From an uncultured delta proteobacterium (lineage in GTDB: Bacteria > Desulfobacterota > Desulfuromonadia > Desulfuromonadales > BM103): DNA of 64,000 bases. This document shows positions 35,166 to 45,079 of this stretch, one piece after another. Made by a program: the position numbers and the translations under genes. The DNA is taken from positions 32,001 to 96,000 of the forward strand of contig CAVQRZ010000014.1 in NCBI GenBank assembly GCA_963715335.1, read 5' to 3'. The notes beneath the pieces are model-generated. The model ran no database searches. It had not been told where the DNA came from and saw only the letters and a list, made by a program, of their open reading frames with translations. The stretch's first letter is position 1. The number at the start of each line of letters is the position of its first letter.

Positions 35166-35715
35166 GGTCAACAGATGCTTCATCTGTTGCCTTTGTTGTT
35201 TTTGCCCCCCTGAAATTCAAAGATAAAACCAAAACCAAAACCAGGACCCGGGGGTCGCGCCCCCCGACTGCGCCTGACTCTTTTGCTGGCCCAAAAGAGT
35301 AAGCAGAAAAGGGCCTGCGCTGCGCTGGGCATGTCTGGCTCGTTAGGGCGGCGACCTCAATTCAGACGAATCTATCCGACGAATCTTCTACACTTCCCCC
35401 GCAGGAGCCGAGGCTCTTGAGAGCCTCTCCTTCTGTGGAGGCTTGCCTCGGTAGGGGTTGTTTTGGCTTTTCCCTGGTAAATCACACGGCAAGGTCAGGC
35501 CCTTTGACACAGGGCCGGATCCCCATCACAGCAGGTTCTTGAAGTCACAGACATCCGGCCAAGGAGATGCCCTCCGCAAGGAGAAGGCACTTTTGCATAC
35601 TTTTGTTGCCGGACAAAAGTATGGCGTCTGGCGGGACGCGACCCGCCGGTTTTGACTTTGATTTTAAACATCAAACAATAAACGTAGGGTAGCAGGATCC
35701 ACCTCCTGCTGTCCC
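35166..35715 (+). repeat. Foldback element copy D
   Basis: Degenerate left palindrome CAACAGATG-CTT-CATCTGTTG; body as B/E; GTAG-led palindrome at 35684-35715. Confidence 0.93.
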
Positions 35716-35847
35716 GTATCGGAAGAAATTAAAAACACCCCTTCTGGTCGAGCTGTGTTTTATTTAGCTGTTATTTCTTGCGTATTTTATGTATGATTAG
35801 CGACGTGCTAATTCTCTAACCTATGGCTCTATTGGGAGGTCAAGAAT

Positions 35848-36583
35848 ATGCGTAAGCTACTGTTGATTCTGATGGTCGGGATTCTGTCTGTACTTTTAAC
35901 TTCAACTTGTGCTCTTGCTGAAAAAGGCTACCAGGACATCGATGCGGCAGGCACGAAAGCGTTGATGGAGCATGACGGTGCACTGGTGGTTTTCCCTCTC
36001 AGTCCCATCGAGTTCGATAACAAGCATATCAAGGGTTCTGTCAATATCGTTATGGACAAGCTGGAGTCCGATCTGCCAAAGATAAAGAAACCAATCTTGT
36101 TTTTTACTGCCTCGGGAATCAAGTGTGTCGCTTCATGGCGTGCTGCCGAGAAAGCCGTTGACCTTGGGTATAAGAACGTCTATGCGTTCCGCGAGGGGAT
36201 TCCAGGTTGGGAGAGGGCCGGATATCCCCTGGTCACTGTCAGGCCGCTGCCGGATATTGAGGTCAGACAGATATCGACAGTGGAACTGGCCGCCATGCTG
36301 GATAAGCGATGATATCATTCTGCTTGACATCAACCTCAAGGAAGATGCCAGCAAGTTCTACATTGATCATGCCAAACGTGTGCATATACCCCTCGATGAA
36401 TTGAATGTCAGCCTGCCGCAAATACCCAAAGACAAAAAGGTCGTGGTGATCTGTCTGAAGGGCCACCGCGCCCCTACGGCCGTGAAATACCTGGTTGATC
36501 AAGGTTACGAGGATGTTGTCATGGTCGATGGTGGTGTCCAGAAGTGGGTTCTCGAAGGCCGGCCGGTCAAGCAGGTCGGTTGA
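35848..36583 (+). CDS. Exported tandem rhodanese-domain protein (frameshifted)
   Basis: Signal peptide, HIKGS, GIPGW; second domain VVICLKGHRA..GGVQKW in another frame after about 36305. Confidence 0.8.
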
Positions 36584-36661
36584 GTTCAAAAATTGCGTTG
36601 AGTCGCCCGTGTCGACCGCCGATTGAGACTATGCAGGAGTTCTCCGTCGATATTTAAAGCT

Positions 36662-36700
36662 AAAGCGATGCTCATCCTGTCTGGGAGCATCGCTTTTTTT
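36662..36700 (+). terminator. Terminator between convergent genes
   Basis: AAAGCGATGCTC..GAGCATCGCTTTTTT. Confidence 0.7.
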
Positions 36701-37391
36701 ATTGTTCAAACACCTTTATCCCGATTGTGCCTGAATCGTTGTCGCCATCCATATGGATCGCAACCGCAGCCTTGTAACCCTCGGCGATATCCAGGTCGAC
36801 CACCCGGTAATCGCGATGGTCTTCTGAGCTTGGGGCGTGGACGCCTGCAGAGACCTCAGTCATGACGGTTTCACTGAGTGGATGGAAGAGCCCCTTGCCG
36901 AGTGATTTGACGTATGCCTCCTTGCGGGTCCAGAGGGTAAAGAAGAATTCCCGCTGCGTCGCCGGGTCTTCAAGCCCGGATAATTGTAATACCTCGTCCC
37001 CGGTCATGAAATGACGCGCAAGCTGCAGGGGGTTGCTGCTTTCCTGAATCAACTCAATATCTACGCCAATTTCGCCATCACGGCAGACCGCAACCAGGAG
37101 TCTGTTGCCGCTGTGGGACAGGCTGAACTGCAGGGTCCGTTCATCGGCAGCGGCCAGATGCGGTTTGCCATGTTCTCCGTAGCGATAGCGGATCGAACTG
37201 GCGTCTGTTTGCAGGTATCGGGAAAGTGTCTGCCTCAGGAGATAATGCGAGATAAGAAAGTTTTTTCTGGCGGGTTCAACCTTGAACCTGCCTGCGCGAA
37301 CCAGCTCTTCGCCCGAGAGACGGGACGAGGCTTTATCGACTAGATGGAGGTTGTCTCCGAACCGGAATGAGTGGATATAGATGTTAGCCAC
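36699..37391 (-). CDS. 4'-phosphopantetheinyl transferase (Sfp type)
   Basis: GKP, FSLSHS, IGVDIE, WTRKEAYVK. Confidence 0.92.
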   Translation of the reverse strand: MANIYIHSFRFGDNLHLVDKASSRLSGEELVRAGRFKVEPARKNFLISHYLLRQTLSRYLQTDASSIRYRYGEHGKPHLAAADERTLQFSLSHSGNRLLVAVCRDGEIGVDIELIQESSNPLQLARHFMTGDEVLQLSGLEDPATQREFFFTLWTRKEAYVKSLGKGLFHPLSETVMTEVSAGVHAPSSEDHRDYRVVDLDIAEGYKAAVAIHMDGDNDSGTIGIKVFEQ

Positions 37392-37627
37392 TTAATCTTC
37401 CTGTCTTGTCACAAGATCAGCACTTCGTCGGATTGTATCTTTTCCGGGTCATGCATGGCAATCCTTTCAAGAGTATGCACGAGTTTGCCCGGTGTGGTCT
37501 ACGGATCGCAGTAACTTCAGCGATGATCAGGACGATGCCGGCACGCTCTTGTTCAAGCGGGCAGCGCAACCGGTTGCAGACGAGCCATGTTCACACTTCG
37601 ACAATCTTTAATGATATACTTATCCGC

Positions 37628-39688
37628 ATGTACCGAATTGCCTTGTCCATGACCCTGGTCTTCTGCAGCATACTGCCTTTCGAGGTGATGGCTGCCGGTC
37701 ACATTGAGCAACGGATCTCCATCCGGCTCGAGCCGGCGGCGCATCGGCTTACAGCAGAGGCGATCATCACCCTGGCTGGCGACAGGCAGGAATGGCCCCG
37801 GCTCTTTCTGCTCGCCCCCCAGGCAAGGGTCGAGTCGGTCGCTGCGGATGACAGCCCCCTGGCGTTTGATTTTAACGGCGGGCAATTACGGCTTCCCGAT
37901 GCAGGCGAGTGGTCGGTACTGTCGATCCGTTACACGGTCGTGTTCGATGATCCCGTTCCCAGCGACACGATTGGCATCGAAGACCCTTCCTATGGTGTCC
38001 GGGCGACGATTATGCCGGAGGGGACTTACCTGTCTGCTGCGTCCGGCTGGTATCTCCACGCGGTTGATGCCCCCCAGCGCTTCACAATCACGATCACCGG
38101 ACCGGCGAATTTGACCGGCGTGACATCCGGTCGCCTGACGAATATTACCAGGACGGCAGTCGAGACGGTGACAACCTGGCAAACCGTTGTGCAACCGTCT
38201 GCGATGTCTCTGGCTGCAGGCCATTATCAACTCCGGCGCGACAGCCTCGGCGAGATCCAGTTGCTGGCTTTTTTCAGCGAGGGCAATCTTCCCCTGGCTG
38301 CCGGCTACCTCGAATCGGTCCGCGAGTACCTGTCCCTCTACCAGGGGCTGTTCGGCCCTTATCCCTACGAAAAATTTGCCGTGGTGGAAAACTTCTACCC
38401 TACCGGCTACGGGCTGCCGGGGTGGACGCTGCTCGGCAGCAGCGTGGTCCGGCTGCCCTTTATCCGCACGACCAGCCTGCCGCACGAGATCGCTCACGCC
38501 TGGTGGGGCAATGCGATAGAGGTCGATTATGCCTCAGGCAACTGGGCGGAAGGGCTGGCCACATATGTCGCCGACTACTATTTGAAGGAACGCGATGATC
38601 CGCAGGAAGCTCTCGAGTATCGCCGGAAAATCCTGCGTGATTATGCTTCGCTGGCGGCTGAAGAGGACTCTTTGCCCCTCTCTGCGTTCCGCAGCCGGGC
38701 ATCCAGGCGTGACCAGGCGGTCGGCTATGGTAAATCCGCCATGGTCTTTCATATGCTGCGGGGCCTGATCGGTGATGAAGCTTTCTGGAAGGGGCTGCAG
38801 GGTATCGCTCGCGATGGTCTTGGCAAGGAGTACGGCTGGGCCGACCTGCAGCGGCACTTCGGAGCGGTCTCCGATGTCGATCTGGACACCTTCTTCGCCC
38901 AATGGGTCGAGCGACCCGGCGCGCCGCACCTGAGCCTTGCCGACGTCGAAGTCACCAAGACCGGGCCGGTTTGGCAGATCTCGGGGAATATCAGCCAGGA
39001 CGGGCCGGTCTACCAGCTTGCCGTTCCGTTGCAACTGGTTACGGAGGGCTTGGTCTACGAGCAGGTGGTCGATCTCAACGGGAACCAGGAGCGCTTCGTC
39101 TTCACCGTTGCCGAGCAACCGGTCAGCCTCGCCGTTGACCAGGATAGCCGGCTCTTCCGCAGGCTCGATCCGGCAGAGTTGCCAGCCACCGTCAATGACC
39201 TGCGAGCTTCGAAAAGCCCTTTGGTTGTGGTCGCCTCGGGCTCTGAAAAGCTGATCGAGGCCTCCCGGAATCTGTTGCGTGGCCTGCAATGGCACCAGTC
39301 GGCAATCATCAACGAAGAGATGTATCTGGCAGCGCCTTCACCCGGCAGGGATATCCTCTTTCTGGGTTGGCCGCGAAGCCAGACCTTGCAGCCCGACCTG
39401 CCGCCTGAAGTCACTGAATCTACACAACACTTTGCTGTCAGCGGCAAGCTGAGCGACGCTAACGGGGATGTCCTCTTTATGGTCAGGAAAATGGCAAAAG
39501 CCGATCAGGTTGTCGCCTACTTCCTGCCTGGCTCGATTGCTGCTGCAGAAGACACGGCCCATCGCATCCCGCACTATGGACGTTACAGCTACCTCGTATT
39601 CCGCGATGGCCAAAACCGGATCAAGGCAACCTGGGAGCCTGCTAATGCCTCTTTGAAGACACTTTTTCATAAGGACGTAACAAGATGA
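37628..39688 (+). CDS. Exported M1-family metallopeptidase
   Basis: HEIAHAWWGN, NWAEGL, GYGKSAMVFHMLR. Confidence 0.88.
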   Translation: MYRIALSMTLVFCSILPFEVMAAGHIEQRISIRLEPAAHRLTAEAIITLAGDRQEWPRLFLLAPQARVESVAADDSPLAFDFNGGQLRLPDAGEWSVLSIRYTVVFDDPVPSDTIGIEDPSYGVRATIMPEGTYLSAASGWYLHAVDAPQRFTITITGPANLTGVTSGRLTNITRTAVETVTTWQTVVQPSAMSLAAGHYQLRRDSLGEIQLLAFFSEGNLPLAAGYLESVREYLSLYQGLFGPYPYEKFAVVENFYPTGYGLPGWTLLGSSVVRLPFIRTTSLPHEIAHAWWGNAIEVDYASGNWAEGLATYVADYYLKERDDPQEALEYRRKILRDYASLAAEEDSLPLSAFRSRASRRDQAVGYGKSAMVFHMLRGLIGDEAFWKGLQGIARDGLGKEYGWADLQRHFGAVSDVDLDTFFAQWVERPGAPHLSLADVEVTKTGPVWQISGNISQDGPVYQLAVPLQLVTEGLVYEQVVDLNGNQERFVFTVAEQPVSLAVDQDSRLFRRLDPAELPATVNDLRASKSPLVVVASGSEKLIEASRNLLRGLQWHQSAIINEEMYLAAPSPGRDILFLGWPRSQTLQPDLPPEVTESTQHFAVSGKLSDANGDVLFMVRKMAKADQVVAYFLPGSIAAAEDTAHRIPHYGRYSYLVFRDGQNRIKATWEPANASLKTLFHKDVTR

Positions 39689-40551
39689 AACCCATAAATA
39701 TCGTGACGCTGAAGATCCTGCTGGCATGCCTTGCCTGGATGGCACCCGCTGCCGCGTTGGCCCATCCGCATCTGCTGGATGTGCAGGAAAAAGTCGAAGT
39801 TGCCCCTGAAGTCATGCTTAATGACCTGCGCAAGGCACAGGTCATCTTCGTTGGTGAGCTTCATGACAACCATGGCCATCACCAGGCTCAACTGTCCATC
39901 ATCGATGCTCTCGATAATGACGAAAGACCCCTGGCGATTGGTCTGGAGATGTTTCGCCGGGACAGCCAGGAAGATCTTGATGTCTGGACTTCCGGAAAAA
40001 TATCCCTTGTGAAGTTCATGGAAGTCTATAATGAGAACTGGGCCATGTGGCCTGCATACAGACAGATATTCATGCATGCCCGTAATGAGAATTTGAAGAT
40101 GGTTGGCCTGAATATCCCGAGCGCCATCACCAGGAAGGTCGCCAGAAACGGCTACAACTCATTATCGAGTCAGGAACGCCTGCTGCTTGGTAATGTCCAG
40201 TGTGAGGTCAACCAGAGTTATGGCGAATTTATACGCCAGGCCATGGGCGGCCATGGCGGCCACGGCACCCAGTACCTCTATTTCTGCGAAGCACAATTGC
40301 TTTGGGACACCGTGATGGCCAGGAACCTGGTTGATTTCCTCAAGGAAAACCCGGATTACCGGGTTGTGGTCATGGCCGGCAGCGGCCATGCCTGGAAATT
40401 CGGCATCCCTCGGCAGTTGGTCGAGCAGGCCGACATCAGCTATCGGGTGGTGCTGCCCGAGATTATCGGTCGTCTCGACCGTCGCAACGTCAATGAAAAG
40501 ATTGCCGACTATTTGTGGCTGGACGAGGGGGATGATGGCTGGGTTTTTTAA
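39685..40551 (+). CDS. ChaN family protein
   Basis: FVGELHD, GLEMF, QLLWDTVMA, AGSGH. Confidence 0.85.
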   Translation: MKPINIVTLKILLACLAWMAPAAALAHPHLLDVQEKVEVAPEVMLNDLRKAQVIFVGELHDNHGHHQAQLSIIDALDNDERPLAIGLEMFRRDSQEDLDVWTSGKISLVKFMEVYNENWAMWPAYRQIFMHARNENLKMVGLNIPSAITRKVARNGYNSLSSQERLLLGNVQCEVNQSYGEFIRQAMGGHGGHGTQYLYFCEAQLLWDTVMARNLVDFLKENPDYRVVVMAGSGHAWKFGIPRQLVEQADISYRVVLPEIIGRLDRRNVNEKIADYLWLDEGDDGWVF

Positions 40552-40576
40552 GGCCGGGACGGGGGACGCGAAAATT

Positions 40577-41239
40577 TTAGTCTTTGGACGGTTCAGCCAT
40601 CAAGAGTCGATTTTTGGGTGTGATCTCTGCCGGAATGGTTTGCGTGTAGATACGGTAGCCTTTACCCTTTAGACGATTGGCCCGGCTGATATCCACCGCC
40701 ATGGGGCCATCGACCCACCCATCCAGGTTGCCCATGTCCGATTCATCCAGGTTGTGACAGCAGGGCAATACGGCAAGACGTGCTCCGGCAGTTGATGCCC
40801 GGTCCAGGACCAGGTCGGTGAGACCGCCGCAGGCGTGTACGGAGACGACCAGGTCGCGCGTTGAAAGCTGAACGTCTTGCAGGGGTCTTTCTTCAAAAAT
40901 AATCCTCCCCTCCAATCTCGGCCAGTTCTTCACCAGTACCTCATGCAGTTTGCGGGCAGAGGCCGGGATCGATCGGTCTACTGCATAAGCCTCCGGCGAG
41001 GTGTCGTCGAGCAGCAGGAGCAGGGCGGCAGTTAAACCGTGGCCGCACGCCAGATCGACGACGCGCCCGCCGCGAAACCGACGTCTTACCCGCCGGGCGA
41101 CTTCCCACGCTTCAAAAAGTTCCTTGCGCGGCAGGCATCCGGCTTCGCAGACAGTCCGTCCCAGCTTGTCGAGCAGGGTGTCGCCGGGGAAGAGAAACAC
41201 CTCCTTGTCAGTCAGTCGGTTTTTCGAGGAAAGGTTCAT
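40577..41239 (-). CDS. SAM-dependent methyltransferase
   Basis: VVDLACGHG, VHACGGLTD, PCCH. Confidence 0.8.
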   Translation of the reverse strand: MNLSSKNRLTDKEVFLFPGDTLLDKLGRTVCEAGCLPRKELFEAWEVARRVRRRFRGGRVVDLACGHGLTAALLLLLDDTSPEAYAVDRSIPASARKLHEVLVKNWPRLEGRIIFEERPLQDVQLSTRDLVVSVHACGGLTDLVLDRASTAGARLAVLPCCHNLDESDMGNLDGWVDGPMAVDISRANRLKGKGYRIYTQTIPAEITPKNRLLMAEPSKD

Positions 41240-41305
41240 AGAAGCAGGTGCGGGTCAGGGGAGCGGGGCACGAGGAAACAACAAAAAAGATTTCCGCCTC
41301 TCGCG

Positions 41306-41668
41306 TTACGCGTCTCGCGCCTCCCGGTTGGTTTGGCAATCGATACAAAAAGGTGCTTCTGGCTGTGCTTTAAGTCTGGCGAAGCTGATCCCTTCTTCAC
41401 ATTCCATGCACAGCCCGTATACGCCGTTGTCGTATCGACGCAGGGCGGCTTCGATGCGCGTCAACCTGGTCCGGGCGGTGCGGCGGTTGGCCTGCACCAT
41501 GCTCTGTTGCTGTATGGCATCCATGCGTGAGAGCCTGCCGATCGGTTCATCGAAGCTGACCGGCTTAGCCCCGTCACTGGAGTCTTCGAGCTGCTTCTGC
41601 ATTTTTTTACGCAGTTTGAGCAAAGCCCGGTGCTGCCCGCTCAATTGTTCTGCGGTCAGTTCGTGCAC
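41306..41668 (-). CDS. TraR/DksA C4 zinc-finger protein
   Basis: GRLSRMDA, YGLCMEC..RLKAQP..CIDC. Confidence 0.9.
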   Translation of the reverse strand: MHELTAEQLSGQHRALLKLRKKMQKQLEDSSDGAKPVSFDEPIGRLSRMDAIQQQSMVQANRRTARTRLTRIEAALRRYDNGVYGLCMECEEGISFARLKAQPEAPFCIDCQTNREARDA

Positions 41669-42375
41669 GCTTGCTCCGACAGACTGTCGATGAAGCTGCC
41701 GATTGCCCTGGCACCCTCTTCAGGCCGGGCCAACAGGACAATGTGCGGACCGGGAATCTGCAACAGCTGCATTTGTGGCAGGTGTCTCTGGAGCCTGCCC
41801 GCAGCACGTTCAGGGACCAGGCGGTCGTGACCGGCCTGGAGGTACAGGCACGGCCCGCTAAAGCCCGCTTCTGGCGGGGGTGGCAGTTCGGCGAGAATTT
41901 TCAGCCGCTGTGAGAGGACGGGCAGCCTGACGCTCGCCAGGGCTTTTTGAAAAAGTGCGACGGCCTCGCGATCCGCAGAACCAAGGCAGAACAAGCGACA
42001 GGGCAGATTCGTGGCGAACAGTTTCAGGAGCAGGCCCTGGGGCAGGAGGCGGGCCACATCGAGCAGAAAAGGCTTCGGGTAGCGTTCAAAGGTCGCGACA
42101 AAAATCACCCCGGCCAGGTTTGCCGGGGGGGTAGCGAGCAGCTGCAGACCGATCGGACCGGAAAAGGACTCCGCGAGCATGACAAAGGGTTTATCGCCCG
42201 GCAGCCGGGCCCTGGCAAAAGCGATATGTTCCTGGAAGGACATGGGCTTGTCACCGGGGTAGCGTACGATTACCGGGTCAATGGTTCCGGGGAGATGTTT
42301 TAGGAGCGGCTCGAAGACCAGGCCGGTGCCGTCGAGTCCGGGAAGCAAGATCAAGGTTGTTTTTTGAGAGGTCAT
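41656..42375 (-). CDS. Alpha/beta hydrolase
   Basis: LLPGLDGTG, AESFSG nucleophile elbow, GPH. Confidence 0.85.
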   Translation of the reverse strand: MTSQKTTLILLPGLDGTGLVFEPLLKHLPGTIDPVIVRYPGDKPMSFQEHIAFARARLPGDKPFVMLAESFSGPIGLQLLATPPANLAGVIFVATFERYPKPFLLDVARLLPQGLLLKLFATNLPCRLFCLGSADREAVALFQKALASVRLPVLSQRLKILAELPPPPEAGFSGPCLYLQAGHDRLVPERAAGRLQRHLPQMQLLQIPGPHIVLLARPEEGARAIGSFIDSLSEQACTN

Positions 42376-42515
42376 AGATGTTTATCTTTCCAAAAAACAA
42401 AAATTTGAAACGCAAAGGCGCAAAGGTGTGATTCAAGATGCAAAGAAAAAGTTTTTCAAAAAGGAGTTAAAAAAACTTTCAACTGACATAGCCCAATTCA
42501 ACGGTTCAGCCGCTC

Positions 42516-43019
42516 TTATTTGCTCTTCCGTCGATAAAGGTCGGTTTTCAGACTCGATACCCGATCAAGGAACAGCAATCCGTCGAGGTGGTCCATTTCG
42601 TGCTGGATGGCAACCGCTTCAAAGCCGCTCGCCTCGATGACGCGAAGCTGGCCTTTACGGTTGGTAAATTCGACGACAATCTGCTCGGCCCTGGTGACAT
42701 TGCCGGTGTAGTCAGGCACGCTCATGCAGCCTTCGCGCATCGTCTTGCTCCCGGACCGCTCGATGATCTCCGGATTGACCATTTCGAGCAGGCCGTGGTT
42801 GTTGTCCCGGCCGAGCTTGCTTTTGGAAACATCGACTACCACAACGCGTAGCAGCACGCCGATCTGCGGCGCGGCTACGCCCACCGAATGACCGGCATCG
42901 AGCATGGTGTCGACCAGGTCCTGGACGACCTCGACCAGGCTCTCGTCGATCTGCTCAACCGGTTCGGCTACCTGCTTGAGAATCGGATCAGGATAAACCC
43001 GGATGGGACGTACGGCCAT
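42516..43019 (-). CDS. def: Peptide deformylase
   Basis: GVAAPQIG, EGCMS, QHEMDHLDG. Confidence 0.96.
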   Translation of the reverse strand: MAVRPIRVYPDPILKQVAEPVEQIDESLVEVVQDLVDTMLDAGHSVGVAAPQIGVLLRVVVVDVSKSKLGRDNNHGLLEMVNPEIIERSGSKTMREGCMSVPDYTGNVTRAEQIVVEFTNRKGQLRVIEASGFEAVAIQHEMDHLDGLLFLDRVSSLKTDLYRRKSK

Positions 43020-43021
43020 GC

Positions 43022-43561
43022 TCAGAGTTCCACGGTCGGGATGCTGCGCACGTTGATGTCGACCTGCATCTCGTCGCGGATCGGTGCCAGCCAGTTGTCG
43101 ACATCCTCCTCATCAACCCCTTCGGGGAGAGCCGCCTCGATGACCATCACGTAAACGGGCCGCTCCTCGGTGCCGACCAGCTTGGTGTTCAGGTCGGTGA
43201 TGTTGACTTTTTTTTCGCCAAGCACATTGGCGACGCGGTAAACGATCCCCGGTTTGTCGGAGCCGTAGACGGAGATCATGCAGATGTCGCCTTCGATGTG
43301 TGAGCGAATCTCGCCGCCCGGCTTGAGAACTCGCAAGGCAACTGACAGATCAGAATCTTCCAGGGGCTTGAAGGCGTCACCAAAGCTCGCCCGGTCGGTG
43401 AATTCCGGATGGCCGAGAATCAGGATCATGGCGAACTGGCCACCGAGAATCGAGCAGCTCGAATCCGCAAGATTGCAGCCCTGCTTGAAAAGAATCTCGG
43501 TCACCTGGGAGACGATCCCGGGGCGGTCACGGCCAACGATAGTCAGGGCGAAATGGTTCAT
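43022..43561 (-). CDS. Tandem ACT-domain protein (GcvR-like)
   Basis: GRDRPGIV and GSDKPGIV ACT repeats. Confidence 0.88.
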   Translation of the reverse strand: MNHFALTIVGRDRPGIVSQVTEILFKQGCNLADSSCSILGGQFAMILILGHPEFTDRASFGDAFKPLEDSDLSVALRVLKPGGEIRSHIEGDICMISVYGSDKPGIVYRVANVLGEKKVNITDLNTKLVGTEERPVYVMVIEAALPEGVDEEDVDNWLAPIRDEMQVDINVRSIPTVEL

Positions 43562-43717
43562 GGCGGACTCCCTCTTTGACACAATGGTTGAATAATTCTA
43601 TCTTTCTAGCATACATCTGCCAATAAACTCTACTTTTTGGTTCGAGGGTCAAGACTCGTGGTACCGGTTTTGATTGACCACGCACCGCACACGACTTACC
43701 AGGCAACGGTTTAAAAT

Positions 43718-44038
43718 ATGTTGAATCCAAAGGATTTGAAAATTGATTACTACCGGGGCTCCGGACCCGGCGGCCAGCATCGCAACACCAGTGAAACCGG
43801 GGTGCGCATCACCCATCTGCCCACGGGAATCGTCGCGACGGCCACCGAATCGCGTTCCCGTCATATGAACCTGCAGCGTGCCACTGCGCGCCTCGAAGAG
43901 AGGCTTGCTGTCCGCCTGAAAAAGCGGCGCCCCAGGATCAAGACCCGCCCCGGCAAGGCCGTCATTGCCAGGCGCCTGGATGCCAAGCGCAAGCAGGGGG
44001 AGAAGAAGCGTGATCGCCAGAGGACTGAAGATTGTTGA
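43718..44038 (+). CDS. GGQ peptidyl-tRNA hydrolase domain protein (ArfB-like)
   Basis: [15 protein letters not shown], basic C-terminal tail. Confidence 0.85.
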   Translation: MLNPKDLKIDYYRGSGPGGQHRNTSETGVRITHLPTGIVATATESRSRHMNLQRATARLEERLAVRLKKRRPRIKTRPGKAVIARRLDAKRKQGEKKRDRQRTEDC

Positions 44039-44103
44039 CAAACCCCGCACGTGATGCTGGGTTTGCTTTTTTCCCCTGGCAAGGGGAGTTTCTGTGAAGC
44101 CTA

Positions 44104-44640
44104 GGGCAACAGATGGTTCATCTGTTGCCCTTTACTATTGCCTTTGCAATTCAAAGATAAAATCAAAAAGCAAAATCCGGGGGTCGCGCCCCCCGACTGC
44201 GCCTTACTCTTTTGCTGGCCCAAAAGAGTAAGCAGAAAAGGGCCTGCGCTGCGCTGGGCATGTCTGGCTCGAAAAGGCGGCAACCTCAATCCGGATTGTT
44301 CTTAACGATCAAGGGCCTAGCTTCCCCCGCAGGAGCCGAGGCTCTTGAGAGCCTCTCCTTTTGTGGAGGCTTGCGTCGGTAAAGGTTGTCTTGGCTTTTC
44401 CCTGGTAAATCACACGGCAAGGTCAGGCCCTTTGACACAGGGCCGGATCCCCATCAGTAAAGGTTTTTGAAGTCACAGACATCCGGCAGAGGAGATGCCC
44501 TCCGCAAGGAGAAGGCACTTTTGCATACTTTTGTTGCCGGACAAAAGTATGGCGTCGGGCGGGACGCGACCCGCCGGTTTTGCTTTTCAGCATTTCAAGA
44601 AAAGAAAAGAGTGCAACAGATTAACCATCTGTTGCACTCT
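44104..44640 (+). repeat. Foldback element copy E (both terminal palindromes)
   Basis: Left GGGCAACAGATG-GTT-CATCTGTTGCCC; right AGAGTGCAACAGAT-TAACC-ATCTGTTGCACTCT. Confidence 0.95.
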
Positions 44641-44712
44641 CTATCATGAAATCCGCTGAATCTTGCCAGCAGCCTGAAGCGCCCCACAGTGGGCGTTTCA
44701 GGCTGCCGATGG

Positions 44713-45078
44713 TTAATTTTTGCACAGCTTCTCAATGATAATCCTGATCGCCAGGCCGGCAGCCATGGTACGCAGAACGCACCCTCCGGCCCCTTTATGC
44801 CCGCCACCACCGTAATTGCGGCAGAGTTAGCCGACATCGACCGTGCAGGAGTCGTCGAAGATGCTGTGGCCGATGTTCAGGGCGACGAATTTCTTGCCCG
44901 GACCCCACTGGATGCGCAATGAGACGTTGCAATGCGGAAAGCTGGTGTACACCATGAAGCGATTGCCGACGAGCGGCTTGCCCAGGTCACGGAAGTCGGT
45001 GACGACCACCTTATCGTAAACTTTTGAGTGGACCAGCAGAAGCTCGCGGGATATCGCTTCGGCAAGGTGACAGGACGA
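44713..45078 (-). pseudogene. 3' remnant of a DHH phosphoesterase paralog
   Basis: VVTDFR..GNRFMVY..FP..IGHSI..VDVG*LCRNYGGGGH aligns with the C-terminus of 34241-35152; in-frame TAA at 44827-44829; 5' part absent. Confidence 0.8.
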
Positions 45079-45079
45079 A

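Noticed and set aside
36307..36312. TGA as a selenocysteine codon in the rhodanese gene
   Set aside because: The continuation is in another frame, so an indel explains it
36699..37391. Sfp PPTase as a sign of an NRPS/PKS cluster
   Set aside because: No carrier-protein or synthetase genes in the window
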